Source: Anthoceros angustus
Taxonomy: Eukaryota; Plantae; Anthocerotophyta
DNA length: 64,000 bases
Assembly: GCA_010909165.1 (NCBI GenBank)
Contig: MU008165.1
Location: forward strand, 1,178,001 to 1,242,000
Reading direction: 5' to 3'
Under the pieces are notes generated by a model that was not told the DNA's origin, did not search any database, and saw nothing but the letters and a program-made list of their open reading frames with translations. Shown here in pieces: positions 51,601 to 64,000 of this stretch (the first letter of the stretch is position 1; the number at the start of each line of letters is the position of its first letter). The position numbers and the translations under genes were made by a program.

Positions 51601-52400
51601 ACACAAGAGCCCATCTCCACTCTTGTCTCGGAAGGCGCAGAGCTTGGCTATTGGCTCGTCCATGCATATCTGATTTCACATAGCACCTACAACCTTCACT
51701 ACTGATGTACTTTTGTCTAGGCTTGGTTTAGCTAGTGTCTTCCTCACTTCTCACTTGTGAATGTGGCTTCAATACCCCGTGTCCATCATGTACTCCTAGA
51801 TATAAACCACTTGATGTGGCTTCTACCTTCATGCCAAATATATGTGACACTACATTTACAATATACAGAGATAGATTACGAGTTACACATTTATCAATAA
51901 TATTTAAAGTTTTCAAGCATGTATACATAGAGACTTACTTCAGCAGCATCTTCCATGTAATAGCCGGCTTGATACATAGCTACTGAGAGTACCCAATTTT
52001 GCTGTGAATTGAGCTTCAATATTATTCCCATTGATTGATGGACTATGTTGTCTTCCTTTATTGGAGGACCCACATGTGGCTTTTGGCATTCTCTCCTCAT
52101 CCCGCTTATCTTGAAGACTTCTCGGGCTTTCAAGGTTACTAAGTATAGGAAAATGCGTCGGTCATCTCCTCATGCTTTGCCAAACATCGACAAGCCATGG
52201 AGGTTCTCTGGATAAGTCATATTTGGACTATCACGAACAATGAGAATAAAATCTCTTTAACATTTCAACGTGCTCCAAAATTTACAATATCTGAGATAGA
52301 TTACGAGTTACACATTTATCAATAATATTTAAAATGTACCTGGATTTTTCCCTTGATTCTTTTAATTCCATCTTTTCCCAAATTAAATCATCTCCACTCT
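45700..52400 (-). pseudogene. Dispersed fragments of the PP2C gene interleaved with retroelement pieces
   Basis: Last-exon copies near 45900-46450, 47700-47910, 49180-49560 and 49790-50050; exon 1-3 pieces near 50660-51480 and 51760-52400; all match 53600-55560. Confidence 0.85.
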
Positions 52401-53659
52401 TGTCTCGGAAGGCAAAGAGCTTGGCTGGTCCATGCATATCTGATTTCACATAGCACCTACAACCTTCACTACTGATGTACTTTTGTCTAGGCTTGGTTTA
52501 GCTAGTGTCTTCCTCACTTCTCACTTGTGAATGTGGCTCTGTGGATGCATCCGGGACGCATCTTGCTCATTGTTCAAATGGGAGTCATCGTATTGACTCA
52601 TGATGCCATTTGTGTATGTTGCAATGGCTTGTGAAAGTAGTTATATGGCTTGGAGGAGAGTTAGTATGCTTTACGTATAAGGTAAATAGTCGAGTCGGTA
52701 CCTAGTCCGCGACTAAGTCTTCGTGGCGGGGTGGTAGTTACTCACCCTACACGAATCCACCCTAAACAAGTTATCTTCAATCGTCCATGTTGGTGGTAAC
52801 TAGAGTGGCGGCTTTCAAGGTTACTAAGTATAGGAAAATGCGTCGGTCATCTCCTCATCCACCTTGAAGACTTCTCGGGCTTTCAAGGTTACTAAGTATA
52901 GGGAATGCGATGTCATCTCCTCATCCCGCTTATCTTGAAGACTTATGGGGCGTTTGTTAAATTTATCAAGTCTGCCAAAGCATATCATACAAGGAGATAT
53001 GCAAGACTACCTCTCCTATTTCACATCGTTCTTGCCCTCCAAAGGGCATTTGCAAGGGCTATTTCTGACGACACGATTGTTGGAGATGCACCCTCAACTA
53101 ATTCAGAATATGTAGGCCATTCAATCTCCTAATTTTAACATTGTAGGCATGGGTGACTTTAGACACGAGTTTAGTTGCCTTCTTTACTTTGACCCTTGGG
53201 GTCTCTCTTTGATCTCTTTTAGTAGATGGTGTCACCTATCTATTTTTTCCTTAATAAAAACTATTCTCAATAAAACAAGTACAGATTTCAAAAAGTACTT
53301 CGCTTATGTCTACCTGGTGCAAGTTAGCCTTTCTGTTTTGGCTCAAACACCTTTACAAACCACAAGGGATTGTGTAAGAAAGGGATTCCTTGGCTGATCC
53401 ATGCATGAACGAGGCTTAACACAATGGCCAACAAGATAGAGACGATTCATTAAGGTGGAAATCTTGTTAAACAGAAGATTTAGGTGGTATCTTATAGGTG
53501 TTGGCCACGACAATTTTGCTGTGAATTGAGCTTCAATATTATTCCCATTGATTGACAGTGGACTATGTTGTCTTCCTTTATATCTATCCTTTTGTTGATT
53601 GAAGTATGATTGTTAATTGGATTTTATCTGAGAACTTTTATCTAGGTGGCAAGAAAATA

Positions 53660-55495
53660 CTACAAAATGTGGCAAAACTGTTTAAGCTCTTGTCTTGTCT
53701 TGACTTTGTGAATGTTAAAACAACTACCCATTTGACACTGAGCACATCTTGGTTGATGTTGCAATTCCGAGTCTTTAATCTTGAATGTTTTGGAACGAGC
53801 ACCTCTCCCTTGAAGAGAAAAAATAGGCTTCCAATGTAAGTCTTCTTTCTTTGATTGATTAGCTTTAGTGCGAGGAAAGAACACAATAACTGTGATATCT
53901 TCGTGAAATTGCCTTCGATGACCTATCCCAATTTTAAGATCACCATAAGTCATTCTATGTGCTTTGGCGGCCTCCTTTAGAGCTACTTCCACAAGAATTC
54001 GTGCAATATCCTACAGGGGGAGGAGGAATCTTGAGTAAGAGACAATTATAAAAAAATATAGGTAAATGTAAGTAGACTTTGCATATGCATAATTTTGCAA
54101 GAAAATATAATGTGAGTTCCTCTAGCATACCTTTTGACCTGTTTTGGCTATAAGATCTATAGCATGTTGATTGCTTACATACTGCCAGAATCCACGTGTT
54201 GCAATCACAAGAAATTCATCATTTATCGAGAGGAGACGACCAGATATATGTGGTTCGGCAGTTATAAGAGGGGGATCAAATGGTTCCGATATGCGAAATC
54301 GCGGAAGCAATGGAGCTTGGTTGTATTCATGATATTTCATATACATGTCGCCGAAAGATCTTGTAATCTGTTATGCAACAAAATTAGTTAATTTTTTCTT
54401 ACTCTCGTATATATCTTATATTTCCTCATAGATACAGTATGACAGATCAAATTGTTACGGTAATGAAATTATATTGGGCTTATTTTCTCATTCTTTTCAA
54501 TTTTATGATTGAATCTGGATATTTATTCATAAAGACAATTGCTACTTTAATATTTAAAATGTACCTGGATTTTTCCCTTGATTCTTTTAATTCCATCTTT
54601 TTCCCAAATTAAATCATCTCCACAACACTTTTGGTGTTGTAGGCTATAAGCTTCCCTAATTCTAGGAATATTAATATTATGATCTGCTGAAAGAACATGA
54701 GGTAATAGGCCTCGATGACCTCTATGAGCAATAACCGCCCTACAATCTCCCACATTCGCAACAAGTATTCTATTACTTGTGATAATTGCAATCGTTGAGC
54801 TTGCACCAACTGTAGCCAAATATGGATTAGATTGGAAACGATTTTGTACCATTTGCAAAAATGCTTGTTCAGTTTGTGCAAACGCTGCATTCATTGTGCT
54901 TATTGTTGGTACACCATCATTCTCAAGAAATTGATCTACAATCAAAGAAGCCATATGGTATATTAGGTTTAAATATTACAGATCTTATCATATCAACATA
55001 TACAATTGTCATGGTACATGACAAAATTTACCTTTCATGTTATTGTACAAGTTTTCTTTTAAGAAATGTGTGGCTTCAATACCCCCGTGTCCATCATGTA
55101 CTCCTAGATATAAACCACTTGATGTGGCTTCTACCTTCATGCCAAATATATGTGACACTACATTTACAATATACAGAGATAGATTACGAGTTACACATTT
55201 ATCAATAATATTTAAAGTTTTCAAGCATGTATACATAGAGACTTACTTCAGCAGCATCTTCCATGTAATAGCCGGCTTGATACATAGCTACTGAGAGTAC
55301 CCCGAATTTTGTGTTTTTCCATGACTTGTGCCATAAACTAGATCTATCTTTTTTTGATTGGAGAGATTCCCTAATGCTACCAGGTAAACTCTCCTTTGTA
55401 AGTACTTTACCATCTTTTATTGTCAAGTTAATATGAGGATGGTCATCGTAATGCCAAACATCTGACAAGCCATGGAGGTTCTCTGGATAAGTCAT
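53660..55495 (-). CDS. Protein phosphatase 2C, clade D-like, divergent, 5 exons
   Basis: GVLSVAMYQAGYYMEDAAE / VEATSSGLYLGVHDGHGG / ...LVANVGDCRAV...LSADHN...RIKGKIQ / VTRSFGDMYMK...PLITAEP...VIATRGFW / VEVALKEAAK...RRQFHEDITVIVFF follows the plant PP2C-D motif order and intron positions. Confidence 0.85.
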
Positions 55496-56220
55496 ATTTG
55501 GACTATCCTGAACAATGAGAATAAAATCTCTTTAACATTTCAACGTGCTCCAAAATTTACAATATATTGAACTCTAAAAGATTATGCATTTGCGAAATAA
55601 AGCTTGATATCCTTTGTCTGGATTTGTTGATTTATAGATCTTAACCCAGATTCAATGAGAAAGTTTGATAAAATGATCTTATAAAGATGTGATTGAGAAG
55701 GATCGAAGGAATATTTATGTGAAAGACTTGTACTAGTTAAGTGAAGGTTTTGAATCATATGGAATCCAACAAGAGAAACAGTGCTGCAAGAAAGCCTTTC
55801 TTTTTTTTTTTTGGGTGAAAGAAAGCCCTTGAGTTTTGGTGTATTGAAATTTCAATCAAAACAGATTCTAAAGCTGAAGTGCTTTTATTGGATATGTGAA
55901 AACTTAACTAAGCCTAAAAACTTAATTTGTTTGTGAAATATAAACAGTTCAAATGCTACACCATCTAATAACTTGAATGTACACAAAATACTATACACCA
56001 TGAACATCTACGCCGTGTACCCATCATCCATCACACGCTTCCAAGCGTCATGGATGATTATTTTAAAGCAAATTTGATTTCAACATTTTGATTTGCTGAA
56101 ATCATGGGTTTCTAGGTTCTCATGCTCACTAATATTGTGAGACATCAAAATAGAAGTGTCCAAGTTGTGGATGAACACTTAGCATAAAAAAGCCCTTCTC
56201 TAGTGTGCTCTACACATGAC

Positions 56221-57484
56221 TCAAGTACATCTGAAGCCATGGCATATAGCTAGCCACATGAACAAAATAACAGCTAGAATAATTGCCAACACAATAATCT
56301 TCATTTTGAAATTCTGCATCCACATTTTTTGACGTAGCTGTCTTCCTTGTCGTGAGAAGTTGTCAGCCTACAATCAAATGTATATTTACCTCAAAAGAAA
56401 ATTCTTTTGAGGTGTTATTGATACAAACTTCTCTATGTTCACTTCTATAGCAACTAGTATCACACCTAGGAAAGAAATCACTTGAAAAGTGAAGGAACCA
56501 AGACCTGAAAACGTAAGTTCTCTGTCTTATCAACAAGAAGCTCGATTTTTTCACCTCGATCCAAAACCTGTAAAACAAGGTATTTACCCAGACACATGCC
56601 AAGTCCAATAAAAAATCCATGCAAAGACCACCTTTAAAGGCATATTGGCTCAACTAGAAATTAAGTAATTCAGGGATAAAGTTCTGATCTCCCTTTATAA
56701 GCTCAAACAAAATTTTGTAGAATGATACACGTGGTAAAATAAAAGCTTATGATTTTGATTTAAAAGTTACAAACATGTAGTTTTTCATATCAATATTTAT
56801 TTCTTGTATGAATGAGTCGTATTTTATCAGTATTACCTTTTCAATATTATCCATCATAATTCCTTTTACTTCAGATACTTGTGCTTTTATTTTTGAAAGC
56901 TTATTTATTTCATCAGGATGATCCACACAATATTGCATATGCTCTCTTAGTTTACCTCTGCAACCAATAATTTCTATAATTAGGAATGAAAATGATATTT
57001 TTAAATTCTTATAAATGGAACATGTGTATGCTCATAAATTCGATGGCCATACCCAAATTCTTTATCCAAGCTATTTGCCATAGCCATATCTACCTTTCCT
57101 CCATAACGTCTTTTAAATTCTTCCTTTACTCGCTCCAGAAAAGCAAATGCCATTTGTCTTCCATACTCTTCATCAGCAACAACCATATACACTACAAATT
57201 TCCAGCACAAACAATACAATTAAGTTGATGTCCAAATTTATGTTTTCTTAGTACAACATGATTTCAAAGGATAGAAAGAAGAGATGCATACCATATCCAT
57301 CTTCAACAAGATAATTAAAGGTGTGGTGGTCACAAGTATAAGTGAACTTGTTATTATTTGGTGGTAATTTTGTAAGCATTGTATTGCTAATTGACTAAAA
57401 TTTCGGAAAAGGCAGAATACTCGGCTAATCTTGTGTTACCCTTGCTACAAAGCTATATATCAAAGATTGACCTTGAGAGCCCAT
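56221..57484 (-). pseudogene. VAMP72: VAMP72-family R-SNARE, copy 1 (exon 1 frameshifted, 3' exons intact)
   Basis: Longin and SNARE exons; intact VLDRGEKIELLVDKTENLRFQ / ADNFSRQGRQLRQKMWMQNFKMKIIVLAIILAVILFMWLAICHGFRCT*; exon 1 reads ...FVARVTQD*. Confidence 0.88.
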
Positions 57485-58506
57485 GATTTTTTCCCTTATT
57501 TATTTCATACATGTTCTATTCATCTTCACCATCACAAATTGGTAGATCATGACTCATTGATTATGCTTATGGCAACATGTGTACTGAATATTTATATTTT
57601 GAAATTCTTAGCTCCTAGTCAAACATATGATTTAGATCCGTTGATTATTTGAGACTAAAAGTTGTAGGTATTTTGTCGGTTCTTGCATCACATTTTATAC
57701 TCACACTTATGAAACTTGTCTTCACTATGCATAAAGATATCAATATAAAACTAAAATTCATAATTATTTTGTCCATCATTTCCATCACATTTTATATCAA
57801 CACTAAAACTCAAACTTTTTTTATTAATGTATAAAGATATATCAAAATTTTGGATTAGCGTAATCGCTTGAAATATATTTAGCGTAATTTGAGTGATCCA
57901 CTAGTGTTTCAAAAACGTCTCTAGTCATTATGATCCATAAAAGGTTTTGGAGCCAAAACATTTTATGCACTTGATGCTCCCAATAATTTAGTCATTGCAT
58001 AATTAGTTTCTCACTTGTCTTGGTTTTTCTTTCTAAAAGCTTTGTTTGCTGCAATAAGCAACCACTTATTGAGTAATCTAACAAGAGTAAATATTAGTTA
58101 TCCAATTACCAATCTAAACCTCAAAAGAAAGTTAAAAGGTTGCAGAAATATTTCCATATAGGTAATTATGTTAGGGTTTTATTTTGAGTCATTGTGTACA
58201 CATTCAGTTTGTTTGTGAAATATAAAGCAGTTCAAATGCTACACCATCTAATAACTTGAATGTACACAAAATACTATACACCATGAACATCTCATACGCC
58301 GTGTACCCATCATCCATCACACGCTTCCAAGCGTCATGGATGATTATTTTAAAGCAAATTTGATTTCAACATTTTGATTTGCTGAAATCATGGGTTTCTA
58401 GGTTCTCATGCTCACTAATATTGTGAGACATCAAAATAGAAGTGTCCAAGTTGTGGATGAACACTTAGCATAAAAAAGCCCTTCTCTAGTGTGCTCTACA
58501 CATGAC

Positions 58507-59746
58507 TCAAGTACATCTGAAGCCATGGCATATAGCTAGCCACATGAACAAAATAACTAGAATAATTGCCAACACAATAATCTTCATTTTGAAATTGCAT
58601 CCACATTTTTCGTGTCTTCCTTGTCGTGAGAAGTTGTCAGCCTACAATCAAATGTATATTTACCTCAAAAGAAAATTCTTTTGAGGTGTTATTGATACAA
58701 ACTTCTCTATGTTCACTTCTATAGCAACTAGTATCACACCTAGGAAAGAAATCACTTGAAAAGTGAAGGAACCAAGACCAAGCGTAAGTTCTCTCTTATC
58801 AACAAGAAGCTCGATTTTTCACCTCGATCCAAAACAGCAAAACAAGGTATTTACCCAGACATGCCAAGTCCAATAAAAATCCATGCAAAGACCACCTTTA
58901 AAGGCATATTGGCTCAACTAGAAATTAAGTAATTCAGGATAAAGTTCTGATCTCCCTTTATAAGCTCAAACAAAATTTTGTAGAATGATACACGTGGTAA
59001 AATAAAAGCTTATGATTTTGATTTAAAAGTTACAAACATGTAGTTTTTCATATCAATATTTATTTCTTGTATGAATGAGTCGTATTTTATCAGTATTACC
59101 TTTTCAATATTATCCATCATAATTCCTTTTACTTGAGATACTTGTGCTTTTATTTTGAAAGCTTATTTATTTCATCGGGATGATCCACACAATATTGCAT
59201 ATGCTCTCTTAGTTTACCTGCAACCAATAATTTCTATAATTAGGAATGAAAATGATATTTTAAATTCTTATAAATGGAACATGTGTATGCTCATAAATTC
59301 GATGGCCATACCCAAATTCTTTATCCAAGCTATTTGCCATAGCCATATCTACCTTTCCTCCATAACGTCTTTTAAATTCTTCCTTTACTCGCTCCAGAAA
59401 AGCAAATGCCATTTGTCTTCCATACTCTTCATCAGCAACAACCATATACACTACAAATTTCCAGCACAAACAATACAAGTAAGTTGATGTCCAAATTTAT
59501 GTTTTCTTAGTACAACATGATTTCAAAGGATAGAAAGAAGAGATGCATACCATATCCATCTTCAACAAGATAATTAAAGGTGTGGTGGTCACAAGTATAA
59601 GTGAACTTGTTATTATTTGGTGGTAATTTTTGTAAGCATTGTATTGCTAATTGACTAAAATTTCCAGAAAAGGCAGAATACTCGGCTAATACTGTGTTAC
59701 CCCTTGCTACAAAGCTATATATCAAAGATTGACCTTGAGAGCCCAT
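58507..59746 (-). pseudogene. VAMP72: VAMP72-family R-SNARE, copy 2 (exons 1-3 intact, exons 4-5 damaged)
   Basis: [42 protein letters not shown]...; the exon-4 AG acceptor is lost and exons 4-5 carry small deletions. Part of a ~2.27-kb tandem duplication (55927-58207 / 58208-60480). Confidence 0.88.
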
Positions 59747-61339
59747 GATTTTTTCCCTTATTTTATTTCATACATGTTCTATTCATCTTCACCATCACAA
59801 ATTGGTAGATCATGACTCATTGATTATGCTTATGGCAACATGTGTACTGAATATTTATATTTTGAAATTCTTAGCTCCTAGTCAAACATATGATTTAGAT
59901 CCGTTGATTATTTGAGACTAAAAGTTGTAGGTATTTTGTCGGTTCTTGCATCACATTTTATACTCACACTTATGAAACTTGTCTTCACTATGCATAAAGA
60001 TATCAATATAAAACTAAAATTCATAATTATTTTGTCCATCATTTCCATCACATTTTATATCAACACTAAAACTCAAACTTTTTTTTATTAATGTATAAAG
60101 ATATATCAAAAATTTTGGATTAGCGTAATCGCTTGAAATATATTTAGCGTAATTTGAGTGATCCACTAGTGTTTCAAAAACGTCTCTAGTCATTATGATC
60201 CATAAAAGGTTTTGGAGCCAAAACATTTATGCACTTGATGCTCCCAATAATTTAGTCATTGCATAATTAGTTTCTCACTTGTCTTGGTTTTTTCTTTCTA
60301 AAAGCTTTGTTTGCTGCAATAAGCAACCACTTATTGAGTAATCTAACAAGAGTAAATATTAGTTATCCAATTACCAATCTAAACCTCAAAGAAAGTTAAA
60401 AGGTTGCAGAAATATTTCCATATAGGTAATTATGTTAGGGTTTTATTTTGAGTCATTGTGTACACATTCAGTTTGTTTGTGGTGAATTTAATTTTTATTT
60501 ATGATGTTCCATAATACATAAAAGCTAACTTATGAAGATTCTGAAGGCAAGCGAGACGAAGAGGACTACCCACGTAGACAAGTGCAAATGAGGCACAACT
60601 TGTGGATAACCTCTGTAGCAACTAATACATTAGTCACTAATTCATTAGACTTGCAACATGCAAAAGGCTGCAAATCACTCCACAACATCCTTAAAGAAGG
60701 GATATGGTATGAGGATGTGGCGAAGCCGGGATACACTGGGCAAGAGATCCCACAAGTATGAAATAAGCTATGCCTATCATGAGGAAGAAGCCAACTAAAC
60801 TAAAGGGTCTCCTTGATAAGGTGGATATTGTAGCTCAGCTGGGTTTCTTGTACATCTGCAAATGGTTTTTTTACTTTCTTTATGTAAAGTGATATTCTGT
60901 TAAAAAAAAGTTGGATATTGTAGCTAAACTCGATCATAACCATCTTGTTCAATGGGAGACCCATTGCCATGCTTCACAATATTGTGTGAAGACCAGGTGC
61001 CTTGATGGCTAGGATCTTATCGAGACGTCGAGGGAGAACCCATGAGCCCATCTTTCACTCAATAGTACGCTTCATGCTTCCTCAATCATTTATATAAATC
61101 ATAATAAATTCATAAATATCATATATTATTTTAAACAGAATATGTGAGTAGCTCTCAATGTCCCTTTTCGGACAATTTGCAACACTCCAATAACAATTCA
61201 TGGAAAGGACGCTTGGCTTGACAACAATCTTTGGAAAGAATGCTCTCCCGGAGGCTGGGCAGCCACAGTTTAGCAAACTAGCTAGATGTAAGCACATGAG
61301 ACAAGTGCTATAGAGTGTGATGAAAGTTCTCCTCCCTCG

Positions 61340-61620
61340 TTGAGATGACAAAATAATTCTTGTGCCGATTAGAAGTCGCTAAGTTTGGAGGTCACCTCCA
61401 CTACCGCTTGCCAGCCTCCAGTTATCCGTGACGCATCTTCCTCTACCTCCGTGGTTTGTAGGCCGTTTATTCTTCCTGCATATGACATTGTGGGTGCAGT
61501 AGGTGACTTTAGGTAGGGAGCTTATTTTGCTCCTCTTCACCTCGACCCCTGGTCCCCACTGGTTGTCCCCTCCTAGATGGGCTTTTCCCATCGTTTTTTC
61601 ACCTCAATAAAATCTACCTG
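61340..61620 (+). mobile_element. Diverged 3' end of the same CRE-like retroelement family
   Basis: VIRDASSSTSVVCRPFILPAYDIVGAVGDFR* aligns with IVGDAPSTNSVICRPFNLPNFNIVGAVGDFR (about 45320-45410), followed by a similar 3' UTR ending caataaaa. Confidence 0.65.
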
Positions 61621-62763
61621 TTATCCAAGGAGACCACTGGTTGCAAACTCTCAGAAATGGAGATTGAGACAGTTCAGGATATAGTCTAGGACTCTTTTGC
61701 ATCAATGTAAATTGTTGGGTTATTACCTATATTTGAATTATGAATGATAAAATGAGATTATTAAATGACCAAATAGGAAAGGGATACTTGACAGAGATAT
61801 GTACTTGACTGAGGAGTTATATGATATAAGGAAATATCCAAAGAAATATAGCTCTTTAGAGAACTAAAGCTAGATAATGAATGGGACGGCGACTGCAGAA
61901 CTTGCCGGAACGCCGGTGCCTCACGGGACTGCGCTAAGAATTGCGCCATCACCCGGGAGCCGTGAGGGCATTTGGAGCCGGGACGCTACCCCGGGCAGCA
62001 GCCTCTGCCGCTCGCACAACTCCGCTGCCAAAGAGAAGCCGCATCCCACGCATCTCCACCAGCAGCCATTCCTGCGCTACTCCTCGCTCCACTTCCACTG
62101 CGAGCCCAGCCTTAAGTGCTAGGTGATGACATCCATGACTTCTGTGTGCCTGTCCGACCCCTGCCGTATGTCTAGCTTGACCAAGGAGTGACGGCCAACC
62201 TGAGTCCGGAAACTCGAGTAAGGAAAAACCTACCCTGACTGGGTTGAACATGTTCCACTCACCTAATATATATATTTATTGAGATTATCTAAGCTTTGTA
62301 AGTAAATAAAACATTACACTCGTACTTAGCACCGGAGGACCTAACGCAAGAAAACAGCAAAACCAAATCCGCAAGAGCCCCGGAGCAAAAAAGGGGACAA
62401 AATGGAGGGGAGGAGTTAGGTGCCACACCTAATGTGTGCAATGGGATGTGCACATCATTAGTGTCTTCTATATCCGCATCTATTATTTAATATTAATTTT
62501 CTATAAATCTTAATATATATAATACCTAATATCTAATATTCACTGCCTGTTGTAGTTTGATTGTATATGCAGCTTCTATGTTTGAAGTTATTAGTATATA
62601 ATGGAGTTTCATGGTTGTACAATTACAAAGTACTCATTCTTCTAGTGTGTTGGAGTTAGACAATACATGTGTGGCTGCATGCTTAAAGTGAATTGTGGAT
62701 GTAAAACGTACTTGTTGTGGTGATCAACCTACATTACTTGAGTCTTGCGATACTCCTGAATCC

Positions 62764-63474
62764 ATGTCAATGGAGAAAAATGAGTTAAGAAAAGTGAGAT
62801 CTAAAGATAGCGCTAGGCAAAAAGTAGAATTACTAGCAGTATGTAAGGATGTAGAAGAACAAGTGGCATCGTCTCTGTTCTTCAGGAAATTTTGTGGGCA
62901 AATGCAAAGCAGTTTACGACTGCATCTTTCGATATCGAAGCAGATTGTATTATATGGAATAGGGGATTTGACGACTAATGAGCAAGCACGGTACCAGCTG
63001 GCGCTTACATTGTTGATAAAGAAAACTCTTCCACATATCGAAAAAATTGTGATTTATGACCCTATATTGGATAATTTTCAACGATCAGTGCTGAAAGATC
63101 TGGGGTGCTCCACACTGAAAGATAATTTTTTGGGAGATTTAACTTTCTCTGTGCCCACCATTTTTTATATGCCACGTTGTCCCTTCTACATTTGTGAAGC
63201 TACTATAAGGTCCAACATACAACTCGCATTCTCAGGCCAAGCTGTGTTTTTGGGCACTAGCCTAATAAGATATTGTGAAGGTTGGTCACAATCAAATGTG
63301 TATACGAACAAAATACATACAAATATTTCATTAATGTCCAAGTTTGTACAAGAATATCCAATTGATAGCTTGGGATTCTCGTCATCTTTGCATGCAGCTT
63401 TCAATAAAACCACTTGGTATTTCTTCCCATCTTTTCCTTTATGTATGCAACTGAATCATTCGAAAAAACAATGA
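62764..63474 (+). CDS. SRR1-domain protein (SENSITIVITY TO RED LIGHT REDUCED 1-like), intronless
   Basis: IVLYGIG...ARYQLAL...IVIYDPIL...LKDLGC...PTIFYMPRCP...N...VFLGTS follows the SRR1 pattern YGIG / QL / FDP / PTLFFMPHC / GNS. Confidence 0.75.
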   Translation: MSMEKNELRKVRSKDSARQKVELLAVCKDVEEQVASSLFFRKFCGQMQSSLRLHLSISKQIVLYGIGDLTTNEQARYQLALTLLIKKTLPHIEKIVIYDPILDNFQRSVLKDLGCSTLKDNFLGDLTFSVPTIFYMPRCPFYICEATIRSNIQLAFSGQAVFLGTSLIRYCEGWSQSNVYTNKIHTNISLMSKFVQEYPIDSLGFSSSLHAAFNKTTWYFFPSFPLCMQLNHSKKQ

Positions 63475-64000
63475 GATGAAGAATTGATAGGAGGGAAGGA
63501 TAACTTTGGAGGAGTCTGATGGCATGGCCTCTAGCGCGAGGCATGTCAGAGGCGGAGTCAGAAGCCTCTACCGAGGAGGAGGAACCCCGCCGCAAAAAAA
63601 AGAAGAAGAAGCTAGCGGTAAAACGGAAGTCTGCGTGAGGAAATTCAAAGCCGAGAGCAAAACATTTTGCTAGGAGTTGAGTTTTGAAAGAGGAAGACAG
63701 TTGAAGAAGTTGAAAACACCCTTAATCAATTCGTTAAGGAACTTCATTCTAAGAGGACGATTTCTATGAAGGCATGAGGAATGATGGAAGTTACACCTGA
63801 ATGCAAAATTGAAGTACATTAAGAAACTGGGGTCCGAGAGAGTTGGCTTAAAGTACAGAAATAGATGGGAACTCGCTATCGAGCGGAAGAGTGTTGAGAA
63901 GGCAAGGATGACACTACAATCCGATGGACCAAATTGGAGTACAATAGGAATGCGTTGCGTGACCCTTTGCAAAGAACAAAGCGTTGGTGGTGGCATTGGT

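Noticed and set aside
61870-62230. GC-rich island with short overlapping ORFs
   Set aside because: No recognisable protein or RNA family.
63520-64000. Stop-riddled acidic/basic stretch as a retroelement gag start
   Set aside because: No diagnostic motif, and it is cut off by the window edge.

Overview
Eukaryotic nuclear DNA from a land plant, probably seed-free (inferred from compact GC-rich genes with short GT-AG introns, a fern/bryophyte-type PPR fragment and CRE-like retroelements). No prokaryotic operons, rRNA, tRNA or CRISPR array were seen. Recognisable genes in order: mini-RNase III 3' end, CSN2 5' fragment, a three-exon group-3 LEA gene with ABRE boxes (missed by the ORF track), a CYP85-clan P450, HMG-CoA reductase, TIM44, plastid biotin carboxylase (plus a 3' partial paralogue fused to a PPR fragment), AP-4 mu, a spliced 48-aa membrane microprotein, NBP35 (split into two incomplete halves), a clade-D PP2C, two tandem VAMP72 copies and an SRR1-domain gene. 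About 36-53 kb is a scrambled pile of a degenerate non-LTR retroelement with a restriction-like endonuclease (CRE-like), next to (TTA)n tracts. The most unusual element is a bacterial-type double-DUF433 antitoxin-like ORF (21536-21985) with no toxin partner and a candidate spliceosomal leader intron, a horizontal-transfer candidate. Major caveat: the window is a mosaic of same-orientation internal copies joined at 6-10 bp microhomologies and carrying small indels. This could be real template switching, but it looks at least as much like an assembly/consensus or in-silico artefact, so all chimeras need raw-read confirmation. All family calls come from motif recognition, not database searches.
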